Below, one piece after another: positions 1 through 10,700 of a stretch of 64,000 bases of DNA. Under the pieces are notes generated by a model, which made no database searches, was not told the origin of the DNA, and saw only the letters and a list, made by a program, of their open reading frames with translations. The translations under genes and the position numbers were made by a program. Within the stretch, counting starts at the first letter, position 1. Every line of letters starts with the position of its first letter. This DNA comes from Scyliorhinus canicula (taxonomy: Eukaryota): assembly GCF_902713615.1 (NCBI RefSeq), contig NC_052150.1, positions 86,509,270 through 86,573,269 on the forward strand. Reading direction: 5' to 3'.

Positions 1-3000
1 CCACAGCACCGCATCCTCACCGGCAGTGGGATTCTCCGGCCTGCCGCCGCGTGTTCCATAGCAGCACGTCCTCACCGGCAACGCGATTCTCCATCCTGCC
101 AGCCGTGTGTTCCATAGCACCGCGTCCTCACCGGCAGTGGGATTCTCCGGCCTGCCAGCCGTGTGCTCCACAGCACCACGTCCTCACCGGCAACGCGATT
201 CTCCGGCCTGCCAGCCGCGTGTTCCACAGCACCGCGTCCTCACCGGCAACGCGATTCTCCGGCCTGCCAGCCGTGTGTTCCACAGCACCGCATCCTCACC
301 GGCAGTGGGATTCTCCGTCCTGCCAGCCGTGTGTTCCACAGAACCGCGTCCTCACCGGCAGTGGGATTCTCCAGCCTGCTGCCGCGTGTTCCACAGAACC
401 GCGTCCTCACCGGCAGTGGGATTCTCCGGCCTGCCGCCGCGTGTTCCACAGCACCGCGTCCTCACCGGCAGTGGGATTCTCCGGCCTGCCAGCCGTGTGT
501 TCCACAGCACCGCATCCTCACCGGCAGTGGGATTCTCCGGCCTGCCGCCGCGTGTTCCATAGCAGCACGTCCTCACCGGCAACGCGATTCTCCATCCTGC
601 CAGCCGTGTGTTCCATAGCACCGCGTCCTCACCGGCAGTGGGATTCTCCGGCCTGCCAGCCGTGTGCTCCACAGCACCACGTCCTCACCGGCAACGCGAT
701 TCTCCGGCCTGCCAGCCGCGTGTTCCACAGCACCGCGTCCTCACCGGCAACGCGATTCTCCGGCCTGCCAGCCGTGTGTTCCACAGCACCGCATCCTCAC
801 TGGCAGTGGGATTCTCCGGCCTGCCAGCCGTGTGTTCCACAGAACCGCGTCCTCACCGGCAGTGGGATTCTCCAGCCTGCTGCCGCGTGTTCCACAGAAC
901 CGCGTCCTCACCGGCAGTGGGATTCTCCAGCCTGCTGCCGCGTGTTCCACAGAACCGCGTCCTCACCGGCAGTGGGATTCTCCAGCCTGCTGCCGCGTGT
1001 TCCACAGCACCGCGTCCTCACCGGCAGTGGGATTCCCCGGCCTGCCATCGCGTGTTCCACAGCACCGCATCCTCACCGGCAGTGGGATTCTCCAGCCTGC
1101 CAGCCGCGTGTTCCACAGCACCGCATCCTCACCGGCAGTGGGATTCTCCGGCCTGCCAGCCGTGTGTTCCATAGCAGCACGTCCTCACTGGCAACGCGAT
1201 TCTCCGGCCTGCCAGCCGTGTGTTCCATAGCAGCACGTCCTCACCGGCAGTGGGATTCTCCGGCCTGCCGCTGCGTGTTCCATAGCAGCACATCCTCACT
1301 GGCAGTGGGATTCTCCATCCTGCCAGCCGTGTGTTCCACAGCACCGCGTCCTCACCGGCAACGCGATTCTCCATCCTGCCAGCCACGTGTTCCATAGCAC
1401 CGCGTCCTCACCGGCAGTGGGATTCTCCGGCCTGCCAGCCGTGTGTTCCATAGCAGAGTGTCCTCACCGGCAACGCGATTCTCCATCCTGCCAGCCACGT
1501 GTTCCACAGCACCGCGTCCTCACCGGCAACGCGATTCTCCGGCCTGCCAGCCACGTGTTCCATAGCACCACGTCCTCACCGGCAGTGGGATTCTCCATCC
1601 TGCCAGCCGTGTGTTCCACAGCACCGCGTCCTCACCGGCAACGCGATTCTCCATCCTGCCAGCCACGTGTTCCATAGCACCGCGTCCTCACCGGCAGTGG
1701 GATTCTCCGGCCTGCCAGCCGTGTGTTCCATAGCAGAGTGTCCTCACCGGCAACGCGATTCTCCATCCTGCCAGCCACGTGTTCCACAGCACCGCGTCCT
1801 CACCGGCAGTGGGATTCTCCGGCCTGCCGCCGCGTGTTCCATAGCACCGCGTCCTCACCGGCAGTGGGATTCTCTGGCCTGCCAGCCGCGTGTTCCATAG
1901 CACCGCGTCCTCACCGGCTGTGGGATTCTCCGGCCTGCCGCCGCGTGTTCCATAGCAGCACGTCCTCACCGGCAGTGGGATTCTCTGGCCTGCCAGCCGC
2001 GTGTTCCATAGCACCGCGTCCTCACCGGCAGTGGGATTCACCAGCCTGCCAGCCGCGTGTTCCACAGCACCGCATCCTCACCGGCAGTGGGATTCTCCAG
2101 CCTGCCAGCCGTGTGTTCCGCAGCACCGCATCCTCACCGGCAGTGGGATTCTTCGGCCTGCCGTTGCGTGTTCCACAGCACCGCGTCCTCACCAGCAGTG
2201 GGATTCTCCGGCCTGCCGTCGCGTGTTCCACGGCAGCACGTCCTCACCGGCAGTGGGATTCTCCGGCCTGCCGCCGCGTGTTCCACAGCAGCACGTCCTC
2301 ACCGGCAGTGGGATTCTCCGGCCTGCCAGCCGCGTGTTCCACTGCACCGCGTCCTCACCGGCAGTGAGATTCTCCAGCCTGCCAGCCGTGTGTTCCACAG
2401 CACCGCGTCCTCACCGGCAGTGGGATTCTCCGGCCTGCCGTCGCGTGTTCCATAGCAGCACGTCCTCACCGGCAGTGGGATTCTCCGGCCTGCCAGCCGC
2501 GTGTTCCACAGCACCGCGTCCTCACCGGCAGTGGGATTCTCCGGCCTGCCGCCGCGTGTTCCACAGCACCGCGTCCTCACCGGCAGTGGGATTCTCCGGC
2601 CTGCCGCCGCGTGTTCCACAGCACCGCGTCCTCACCGGCAGTGGGATTCTCCAGCCTGCCAGCCGTGTATTCCACAGCACCGCGTCCTCACCGGCAGTGG
2701 GATTCTCCGGCCTGCCGTCGCGTGTTCCATAGCAGCACGTCCTCACCGGCAGTGGGATTCTCCGGCCTGCCAGCCGTGTGCTCCACAGCACCACGTCCTC
2801 ACCGGCAGTGGGATTCTCCAGCCTGCCAGCCGTGTGCTCCACAGCACCACGTCCTCACCGGCAACGCGATTCTCCGGCCTGCCAGCCGCGTGTTCCATAG
2901 CACCGCGTCCTCACCGGCAACGCGATTCTCCGGCCTGCCAGCCACGTGTTCCATAGCACCACGTCCTCACCGGCAGTGGGATTCTCCATCCTGCCAGCCA

Positions 3001-4881
3001 TGTGTTCCACAGCACCGCGTCCTCACCGGCAGTGGGATTCTCCATCCTGCCAGCCACGTGTTCCATAGCACCGCGTCCTCACCGGCAGTGGGATTCTCCG
3101 GCCTGCCAGCCGTGTGTTCCATAGCAGAGTGTCCTCACCGGCAACGCGATTCTCCATCCTGCCAGACACGTGTTCCACAGCACCGCGTCCTCACCGGCAG
3201 TGGGATTCTCCATCCTGCCAGCCATGTGTTCCACAGCACCGCGTCCTCACCGGCAGTGGGATTCTCCATCCTGCCAGCCACGTGTTCCATAGCACCGCGT
3301 CCTCACCGGCAGTGGGATTCTCCGGCCTGCCAGCCGTGTGTTCCATAGCAGAGTGTCCTCACCGGCAACGCGATTCTCCATCCTGCCAGACACGTGTTCC
3401 ACAGCACCGCGTCCTCACCGGCAGTGGGATTCTCCGGCCTGCCGCCGCGTGTTCCATAGCACCGCGTCCTCACCGGCAGTGGGATTCTCTGGCCTGCCAG
3501 CCGCGTGTTCCATAGCACCGCGTCCTCACCGGCAGTGGGATTCTCCGGCCTGCCAGCCGCGTGTTCCATAGCACCGCGTCCTCACCGGCAGTGGGATTCA
3601 CCAGCCTGCCAGCCGCGTGTTCCACAGCACCGCATCCTCACCGGCAGTGGGATTCTCCAGCCTGCCAGCCGTGTGTTCCGCAGCACCGCATCCTCACCGG
3701 CAGTGGGATTCTTCGGCCTGCCGTCGCGTGTTCCACAGCACCGCGTCCTCACCAGCAGTGGGATTCTCCGGCCTGCCGTCGCGTGTTCCACGGCAGCACG
3801 TCCTCACCGGCAGTGGGATTCTCCGGCCTGCCGCCGCGTGTTCCACAGCAGCACGTCCTCACCGGCAGTGGGATTCTCCGGCCTGCCAGCCGCGTGTTCC
3901 ACTGCACCGCGTCCTCACCGGCAGTGAGATTCTCCAGCCTGCCAGCCGTGTGTTCCACAGCACCGCGTCCTCACCGGTAGTGGGATTCTCCGGCCTGCCG
4001 TCGCGTGTTCCATAGCAGCACGTCCTCACCGGCAGTGGGATTCTCCGGCCTGCCAGCCGCGTGTTCCACAGCACCGCGTCCTCACCGGCAGTGGGATTCT
4101 CCGGCCTGCCGCCGCGTGTTCCACAGCACCGCGTCCTCACCGGCAGTGGGATTCTCCGGCCTGCCGCCGCGTGTTCCACAGCACCGCGTCCTCACCGGCA
4201 GTGGGATTCTCCAGCCTGCCAGCCGTGTGTTCCACAGCACCGCGTCCTCACCGGCAGTGGGATTCTCCGGCCTGCCGTCGCGTGTTCCATAGCAGCACGT
4301 CCTCACCGGCAGTGGGATTCTCCAGCCTGCCAGCCGTGTGTTCCACAGCACCGCGTCCTCACCGGCAGTGGGATTCTCCGGCCTGCCGTCGCGTGTTCCA
4401 TAGCAGCACGTCCTCACCGGCAGTGGGATTCTCCGGCCTGCCAGCCGTGTGCTCCACAGCACCACGTCCTCACCGGCAGTGGGATTCTCCAGCCTGCCAG
4501 CCGTGTGTTCCACAGCACCACGTCCTCACCGGCAGTGGGATTCTCCGGCCTGCCGTCGCGTGTTCCATAGCAGCACGTCCTCACCGGCAGTGGGATTCTC
4601 CGGCCTGCCAGCCGCGTGTTCCACAGCACCACGTCCTCACCGGCAGTGGGATTCTCCGGCCTGCCAGCCACGTGTTCCATAGCACCGCGTCCTCACCGGC
4701 AGTGGGATTCTCCGGCCTGCCAGCCACGTGTTCCATAGCACCGCGTCCTCACCGGCAACGCGATTCTCCATCCTGCCAGCCACGTGTTCCACAGCACCGC
4801 GTCCTCACCGGCAGTGGGATTCTCCGGCCTGCCAGCCGTGTGTTCCACAGCACCATGTCCTCACCGGCAACGCGATTCTCC
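1..4881. repeat. Tandem satellite, 55/56-bp unit, about 87 copies, continuing past the window start
   Basis: The unit ccacagcaccgcgtcctcaccggcagtgggattctccggcctgccagccgcgtgtt repeats head-to-tail with point variants and no unique spacers. It ends at ...gattctcc|gttcctgcc (4881). Confidence 0.98.
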
Positions 4882-4996
4882 GTTCCTGCCACCTGTCAAT
4901 GGGATTTCCCATTGTGACCCCCCACACCACCAGAAAATCTGCGGGCGTGGATGTGCTGCCGGCGCAATGGAGAATCCCGCCAGCGGAAAATCCCGC
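4882..4996 (+). mobile_element. Body and right arm of a small inverted-repeat (Harbinger-type MITE-like) element fused to the satellite
   Basis: Internal palindrome caatgggatttcccattg. Two right-arm motifs, ggagaatcccgcc (4969) and ggaaaatcccgc (4985), are reverse complements of the gggattctcc in each satellite unit. A related copy lies on the opposite strand at about 25650-25770. Confidence 0.7.
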
Positions 4997-5767
4997 AGAA
5001 TATCTCTTTGGCTTGTCTGCGAAGTAACTTCATAGTCACTCGATTTGTCTGAGAAACAATTTACTTCGCAGACATAACAGTGCAAGAGGGATCGAATGAA
5101 GATAGTTCCCATGACTCATTCAGGCTAATTCAAAATTATCGAAAGGTCAGTCAAATAGAAATGCAGTTTTTTAAATTGCTACTTGAAAAGTAATATCCAA
5201 GTCTGCCATTAGCTAAAACCATTTTGTACCAAGTGTATTAGAATGTACATATCATGAAGCTGTCAGCATTTGGGCGAATGTTTCAATACATTGCAGAATG
5301 CACTATAATCAGTAGGAAACTGTCAGTCGATCTTACACTTTATTTCACAAAAGTCTCAGTTAAAGGATTCTGCACTGACAGATAAATTGCCAAAGAAATG
5401 CCCATTTTAAGTGTTGATTGATGTTCTCACATTTATCAGGGAATGTAGCATCATGGAAGGGTGTGGAATATTATGGATCAATAAAAGAACTGTTTCATTT
5501 AGTTTATAGCAGTCTTTTAGAAGCTTGTGATTCACTAATCACTTCACATGGATTGTTTAAGGTGTAAAAATACTCAGGAAGGGATGATAGACAGTTATTT
5601 TAATACATTTTAATACAATGAAAACACATAGGTTATTGTTAATAAACAACTGAGATTCTTAAGCTTATAATGTAATATTTGAACTAATTTGATCTGAAAT
5701 GTGAGTGGGATTTAATGGTCACTGGCTGGAGAGTAATCCCACTGCCGCGATTTTGTTTTGTTTGCAG

Positions 5768-6670
5768 AAATGTACTTTATTCGTAATATATCTGAAAAAA
5801 CATTACAAACATTTCAAAATGGGCATTATACAAAGTGCAATTCAAGTTCTCTACATAGCTGAAGATGCGCTCTGAGGTGCTTCAATACAGTCAAAGAAAC
5901 ATTACAGACATTTCAACTTGGTCATTACAAATGGTGCAAAGGCATTTAAGTTTTCTACAAAGATGAAGTTGCAATCTGAGGTTTTTCAATACAATCGTGA
6001 TAAATGTAATATACACTGTATACATTCGATGTAAGTCATCCAGCCTGAGGAGGTTCTACACAGTTCCCTCCCCTTAATTCACTATAGCTGAAAGGTCTCA
6101 GACAGGGACCTTCCCCATTGAACCTCTGCCCCAAGCTTCAGTGCATCCCTCCGCATGTAGACCTGGACTTTGGAATGTGCCAATCTGCAACACTCAGTCA
6201 GGGACAACGTTTTGCTCTGGAAGACCAACAGGTTTCGGGCAGATCAAAGAGAATCTTCCACCGAGTTGGTTATGCTCCAGTAGTAGCTGATAATCATCTC
6301 GGTGTGGGTCCCTGGGAACAGTCCATAGAGCACCGAGTCCTGCGTCATGGAGCTGCCTGGGATGAACATCGAAAAAACCACCACACCTCTCTCCAGACCT
6401 TCTTTGAAAAGGCACATTCCACAAAGATGTGGACAACGGTCTTTTCCCCACCACAGTCACCTCGAGGGAAGTGCGCAAATGGGTGGGACTCGGGCACCTA
6501 GGAAAGATCTGATGGGGATGGTCTTTCTAACCACTAGCCAAGCGAGGTATTGGTGCTTGTTTGAAGGTTCTGGTGATGAGGCACACTGCCAAATGGCCCT
6601 GACAGTCTTCTCAGAGAACCATTCAACAGGACCCACCATCTTCTTTTCCCAAAGGGCCTCTAGGATATTG
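5768..6670 (-). mobile_element. Tx1/L1-clade LINE 3' fragment (ORF2 C-terminal zinc region plus 3' UTR), decayed
   Basis: Minus-strand translation reads IWQCASSPEPSNKHQYLAWLVVRKTIPIRSFL..CALP...HIFVECAFSKKVW...SARNLLVFQ...CCRLAHSKVQ. It carries stops and frameshifts. Confidence 0.8.
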
Positions 6671-6890
6671 GGCGCGATTCTCTGACCCCGGGGCCAGGTT
6701 GGAGAATCGATGGGCCTGGTGCGATTCACGTAACGACGCCCCGCCGCCGATCCGCCAAGTCTCCGGTCACCGGGTCGGCGCAGTTAGCGCGGCGCCAGTC
6801 GGGGGCCTCTCTACAAGCCCCCCCACCCCGGCGATTCTCCACGTGAAATGGGCCAAGTGGCCGCCAACATAACTCGAATCCCGCTGGGAC
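6670..6890. mobile_element. Partial Harbinger-type MITE
   Basis: Begins gggcgcgattctc with internal ggagaatcg/cgattctcc motifs shared with the other GC-rich MITEs in the window. Confidence 0.55.
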
Positions 6891-7204
6891 TGCACTGACC
6901 TCTCTTTGATATGGGGTTTCACCACTTGGGCCACTGAAGCATGAAAGGATATGAATGGGTCAAAGCTGCAGATGGTTTTTACAAGCTGTCAAACACAGAC
7001 CAATGCTGGAAAGTCATGAATGGATTGTAGAAAGTGGATCTATGGAATTCAGACACAGGGTCAGTTTCTCTCCTTGGAGGAATGGACTCATGGAGCAGCA
7101 AGGTATGTGTTACAGCTATGATGCTTCCCACTGCCTCTGTCTGGACTGCTCTCTAGCGGGGTCTCTGGTCTGTCTGTGTGGTGGGTGCCTGTGGAGGAGG
7201 TTAC

Positions 7205-7685
7205 TTTAGGCAGGGGTCCCTTTGGGAGGCCCTCCTATTACAGGGGTCCCGAGGATGGTCCCCCATTGCAGAGTTCTCTGTGGGGGTTCCCCCTTTTACA
7301 GGGGTCCCTGTGGGGGTACATCTATTACAGGGATTCCTTGGTGGGGGGGGGGGGGGGGGGGGGGGGGGGGGGCTTTTTACCGCAATCCCGAGTTGTGTCC
7401 TCATATTCCAGGGGTTCTTGTGGGAGTGCCCCTATTAAAGGGTTCCCTGTTTGGGTGCCCTATTATAGGGATCCCTGTGGGGGTTTCCCTATTACACAGG
7501 TCTCTATGGAACCCCCTATTACAGGGGTTCCTATGGGGGATTCCCCTATTACAGAGGTCCTTGGGAGGGGGCCCCCTATTACAAGGGTCACAGTGAGAGG
7601 TTCCCCTATACTGGAGTCGCTGGGAGGCGACCCCTAATACAGGGGTTCCTGTGGGGGTCGGGTCATTCCCATACTTGGGGGTGTG
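7205..7685. repeat. Degenerate ~28-bp minisatellite (cccctattacaggggttcctgtgggg) with a poly-G run
   Basis: Repeated cctattacagggg core; poly-G at about 7343-7372. Confidence 0.8.
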
Positions 7686-7879
7686 GGGGGCACCCAGGCA
7701 ACCCGGGGATGGGAGGTTGACAAGCGTGGGGGAGGGTGGTTGGGGCCGATTTGCGGTGGGGGATGCAGGGTCAGGCCGATTTGCGGTGCGGGAGGGGGGG
7801 GGGGGGGCGGCTGCAGGATCTTGCTACCACCATTGGGAACATCATCCTTGCATCTTGTCTTGTTGGAATTTTACAAGTT

Positions 7880-8625
7880 CATTTGAGATGCCCCCTCGTC
7901 CCTCTGAATTCCAGCACATCAACTCAATCTCTCCTCATACGTCAGTCCTGCCATCCCAGGAATCAGTCTGGTAAACCTTCTCTGCACTAATTCTATAACA
8001 AGAACATCCTTCCTCAGATAAAGGGACAAAAACTGCACACAGTATTCCAGGTGTGGCTTCACCAAAGCCCTGTATAATTGCAGCAAGACATCCCTGCTCC
8101 TGTACTCCAATCCTCGCACTATGAAGGCCAACATGCCATTGCCTTCTTTACTACTTGCTGCACCTGCATGCTTACCTTCAGTGGCTGGTGTACGAGGACA
8201 TCCAGCTCTCGTTGCACTTTGCCTTCTCCTAATTTATGGCCATTTAGATAATATTCTGCCTTCCTGTTTTTTTGTCAAGCCTGATTTCCTTTCCATAAAT
8301 CCATGCTAACTCTGTCCGATCCTGCTATTGTTTTCCAAGTGCTCTTCTATAAAATCCTTGATCATGGATTCTAGAATTTTCCCCACTGCCGACGCAGGCT
8401 TACAGGTCGATAATTTCCTGCTTTCTCTCTACCTCCCATTTTAAATAATGGGATTACATTAGCTATCCTCCATCTGCAAGAACTGATCCAGAGACTATAG
8501 AATCTTGGAAGTTGACCACCAATGCATCCACTATTGCTAGGGCCGCTGCCTTAAGTATTCTGGAATGTAGAATGTAGAATCTGGGGGATTTATCGAGCTT
8601 CAGTCCCATCAATTTCCCAAACAAC
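7880..8625 (-). mobile_element. CR1 LINE ORF2 fragment (RT C-terminus plus an upstream piece), internally deleted
   Basis: ORF 7919-8134 MLAFIVRGLEYRSRDVLLQLYRALVKPHLEYCVQF..VQRRFTRLIPGM, with a KSP..Y.LH.RILK motif upstream. Confidence 0.9.
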
Positions 8626-8629
8626 CTAA

Positions 8630-9098
8630 TCGGGATTCTCCCAGCCATGCCAGGTCGGAGAATCGGTGGGGGGGGACGCGCAAATCCCACCACGGCGATC
8701 CAGCGCTAGGCCACCGAATCTCCGGTTGCCGGAGAATCGGCGCCAATCGCACCAGTGCAGCACCAAATCCTGTGCAGTCTCACGGCGCCGAGGTCCCAGG
8801 TTCGATCTCGGCTCTGGGTCACTGTCCATATGGTGTTTGTACATTCTCCCCATGTTTATGTGGGTTTCGCCACCACAACCCAAAGATGTGCAAGGTAGAC
8901 GGATTGAACACGCTAAATTGCCCCTTAATTGGAAAAAATGAATTGGGTACTCTAAAAAGCTGCAATATCTATGCTGGGTCTCTGCTAGCCCCCTGCAGGG
9001 CTAGCAATTAGTGGTCCTTTCAACTGGCGTGAAATTCCATCATTTTGACGCCAGCGTGGGGACATGGACATAGTCCCAATAATGGAGAAACCAGCCCC
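8630..9098. mobile_element. Harbinger-type MITE interrupted by a SINE
   Basis: Termini cgggattctcc ... ggagaaaccagccc; sits between two collinear CR1 pieces. Confidence 0.6.
8775..8958 (+). mobile_element. tRNA-derived HE1-like SINE (short-tail variant), 5'-truncated
   Basis: B-box ggttcgatc, core gggtcactgtc...taaattgcccct, tail aattgggtactctaaa; near-identical to 48033-48275. Confidence 0.85.
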
Positions 9099-9099
9099 T

Positions 9100-9202
9100 G
9101 TGTACCCCAACATTTCTGACATGTTATTTGTGTCCTTTGTGAATACAGAACCAAAGTATGTATTTAGTTAGTCAGTCATTTCTTTGTTCCCCACTATAAA
9201 TT
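9100..9202 (-). mobile_element. CR1 ORF2 fragment (continuation of the 7880-8625 element)
   Basis: Minus strand encodes KEMTD.LNTYFGSVFTK, the CR1 linker motif also seen in the plus-strand CR1 at about 32720. Confidence 0.7.
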
Positions 9203-9995
9203 GTTGCTGGCAATGAAGTGATTTCTGTAGAGGAGAAGAAGTGAGAGCACTTAATTGGCTTTGATGTGGTCCAACGTGGTTCAAGAGCTGTCAATCATAG
9301 CACAATGTTTATAAACATTGCAGTTAGTTTCACAGCAGGCTGCTTGAAATCCACTGAAGGGAAATGGGATTAAACAATCCAGATATCTGGGTGTCTGTAA
9401 AATGTCAATCACAGCCTAATAAAATCAATTTCACATTGATGTGAATGAAAGGCTTGCTGATCAAAGATGCGAGGGGGTTTAAAACCAGCTGATGTGATTT
9501 TCCCTTTCCAGGAATTCACAGGTGCTGCTTGCTCTGCCTTAGCCAGCCGGTGTATTGCACAGGTCAGCTTTTAAGCAGTGATTTTTGTTTCATTGTCTCT
9601 GTCTGGACTGCTCTCCAGCTTCCAGGCAGGGGTCTCAGTAATGGGGAGCTTCCAGACAGGAGTCTCTCTTATAGGGGTCTCTGGTGTGGGTCTCTGTTAA
9701 GGGAGGTCTCTGATGGGGGTCTGTCTAATGTAGGGATGTCGGGTGGGGGTTGTCTTATGGGCGGTCTCTGGTGGGGATCTCTGTAATGGAGATCTCTGGT
9801 GGAGGGAGTTGGTGGTGGGGGAGGGGGGGGGGGGGGTTTAGTCACCCTCGTCCTGCGGGGGGAGATCCAGAAACACCTGTTGGTGAGGTGTGGGGCAGAA
9901 TTGCATTGTGTGGGGGGGGGGGGGGGGGGGAAGCTCCCCTTTGCAATCTCAGCATGTGTGCAAACAGAGACGATTAATCCATGGTGGAGAACATA

Positions 9996-10608
9996 GGGCG
10001 GGATTCTCCATTCCCTGAAATCGGCGATCCGGCGGAGAATCCCTTTTTATGACAAAATCGGGGGCAGCATTGTTTGACCAGATTTCGCATGCTCCACCCC
10101 CTCCGAAACGACATCATCGCGTATGCCATTAGGACGGCCTCAATGTGTCATCTGAAGGCCCTCCCCTGATTCTCCACCCCCGATGGACTGAGTTCACAAT
10201 GGCGTGGGGGACGTGTGGTCCCAGTCATGCGGGAACCTGGCGTGGCGTCTGCGGATTATATCCAGCGCCGCCACAGTCGGACAGGAGCCATGCTGCCGGC
10301 CGGAGGGGGGGCTTCCGCGAGAGCTGTGGGAACTGGTGGGGGGTAGCCAGGGGGTTACGACAGGGTATCCAGGGAGGCACTATCTGGCAGATCGGGTCCG
10401 CGCACAGCCGGCACCATGTTTCGCAACACGGCGGCTGCAGGTCGTCGCCGTGCGCATGCGCGGCCACGGACCCGGGCATTCTCCGGGTGTTTATTTTGTG
10501 GAGGCCGTGAGTTTTACATAGCGCCCCTGCTAGCCCCTCACTGATGCTGCGACCAGTACAATGCCAAGGATCCTCCGCACTTAGCCTCAGAATGGGAGAA
10601 TCTGGCCC
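9996..10608. mobile_element. Harbinger-type MITE nested in an older repeat (about 9203-10632)
   Basis: TIRs gggcgggattctcc ... ggagaatctggccc; GC-rich interior. Confidence 0.7.
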
Positions 10609-10634
10609 TTGGTCTCCCAACGGAGAATTCCGGA

Positions 10635-10700
10635 CGCTATTTCTAATTTCCTTTATAAGCCATGGTTTGGCCACCTTTCCTGTTTTACTTTTGAGCCAGA
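10635..10700 (-). mobile_element. CR1 ORF2 fragment
   Basis: Minus strand KSKTGKVAKPWLIKEIRNS (CR1 PW motif); continues at 12935 after the Rex1 insertion. Confidence 0.7.

Noticed and set aside
1-4881. CRISPR-like array or long repetitive protein ORFs (up to 448 aa)
   Set aside because: There are no unique spacers and no cas genes, and the context is eukaryotic. ORFs are open in all frames because the GC-rich unit rarely contains stops, and the 55/56-bp length cycles through frames.
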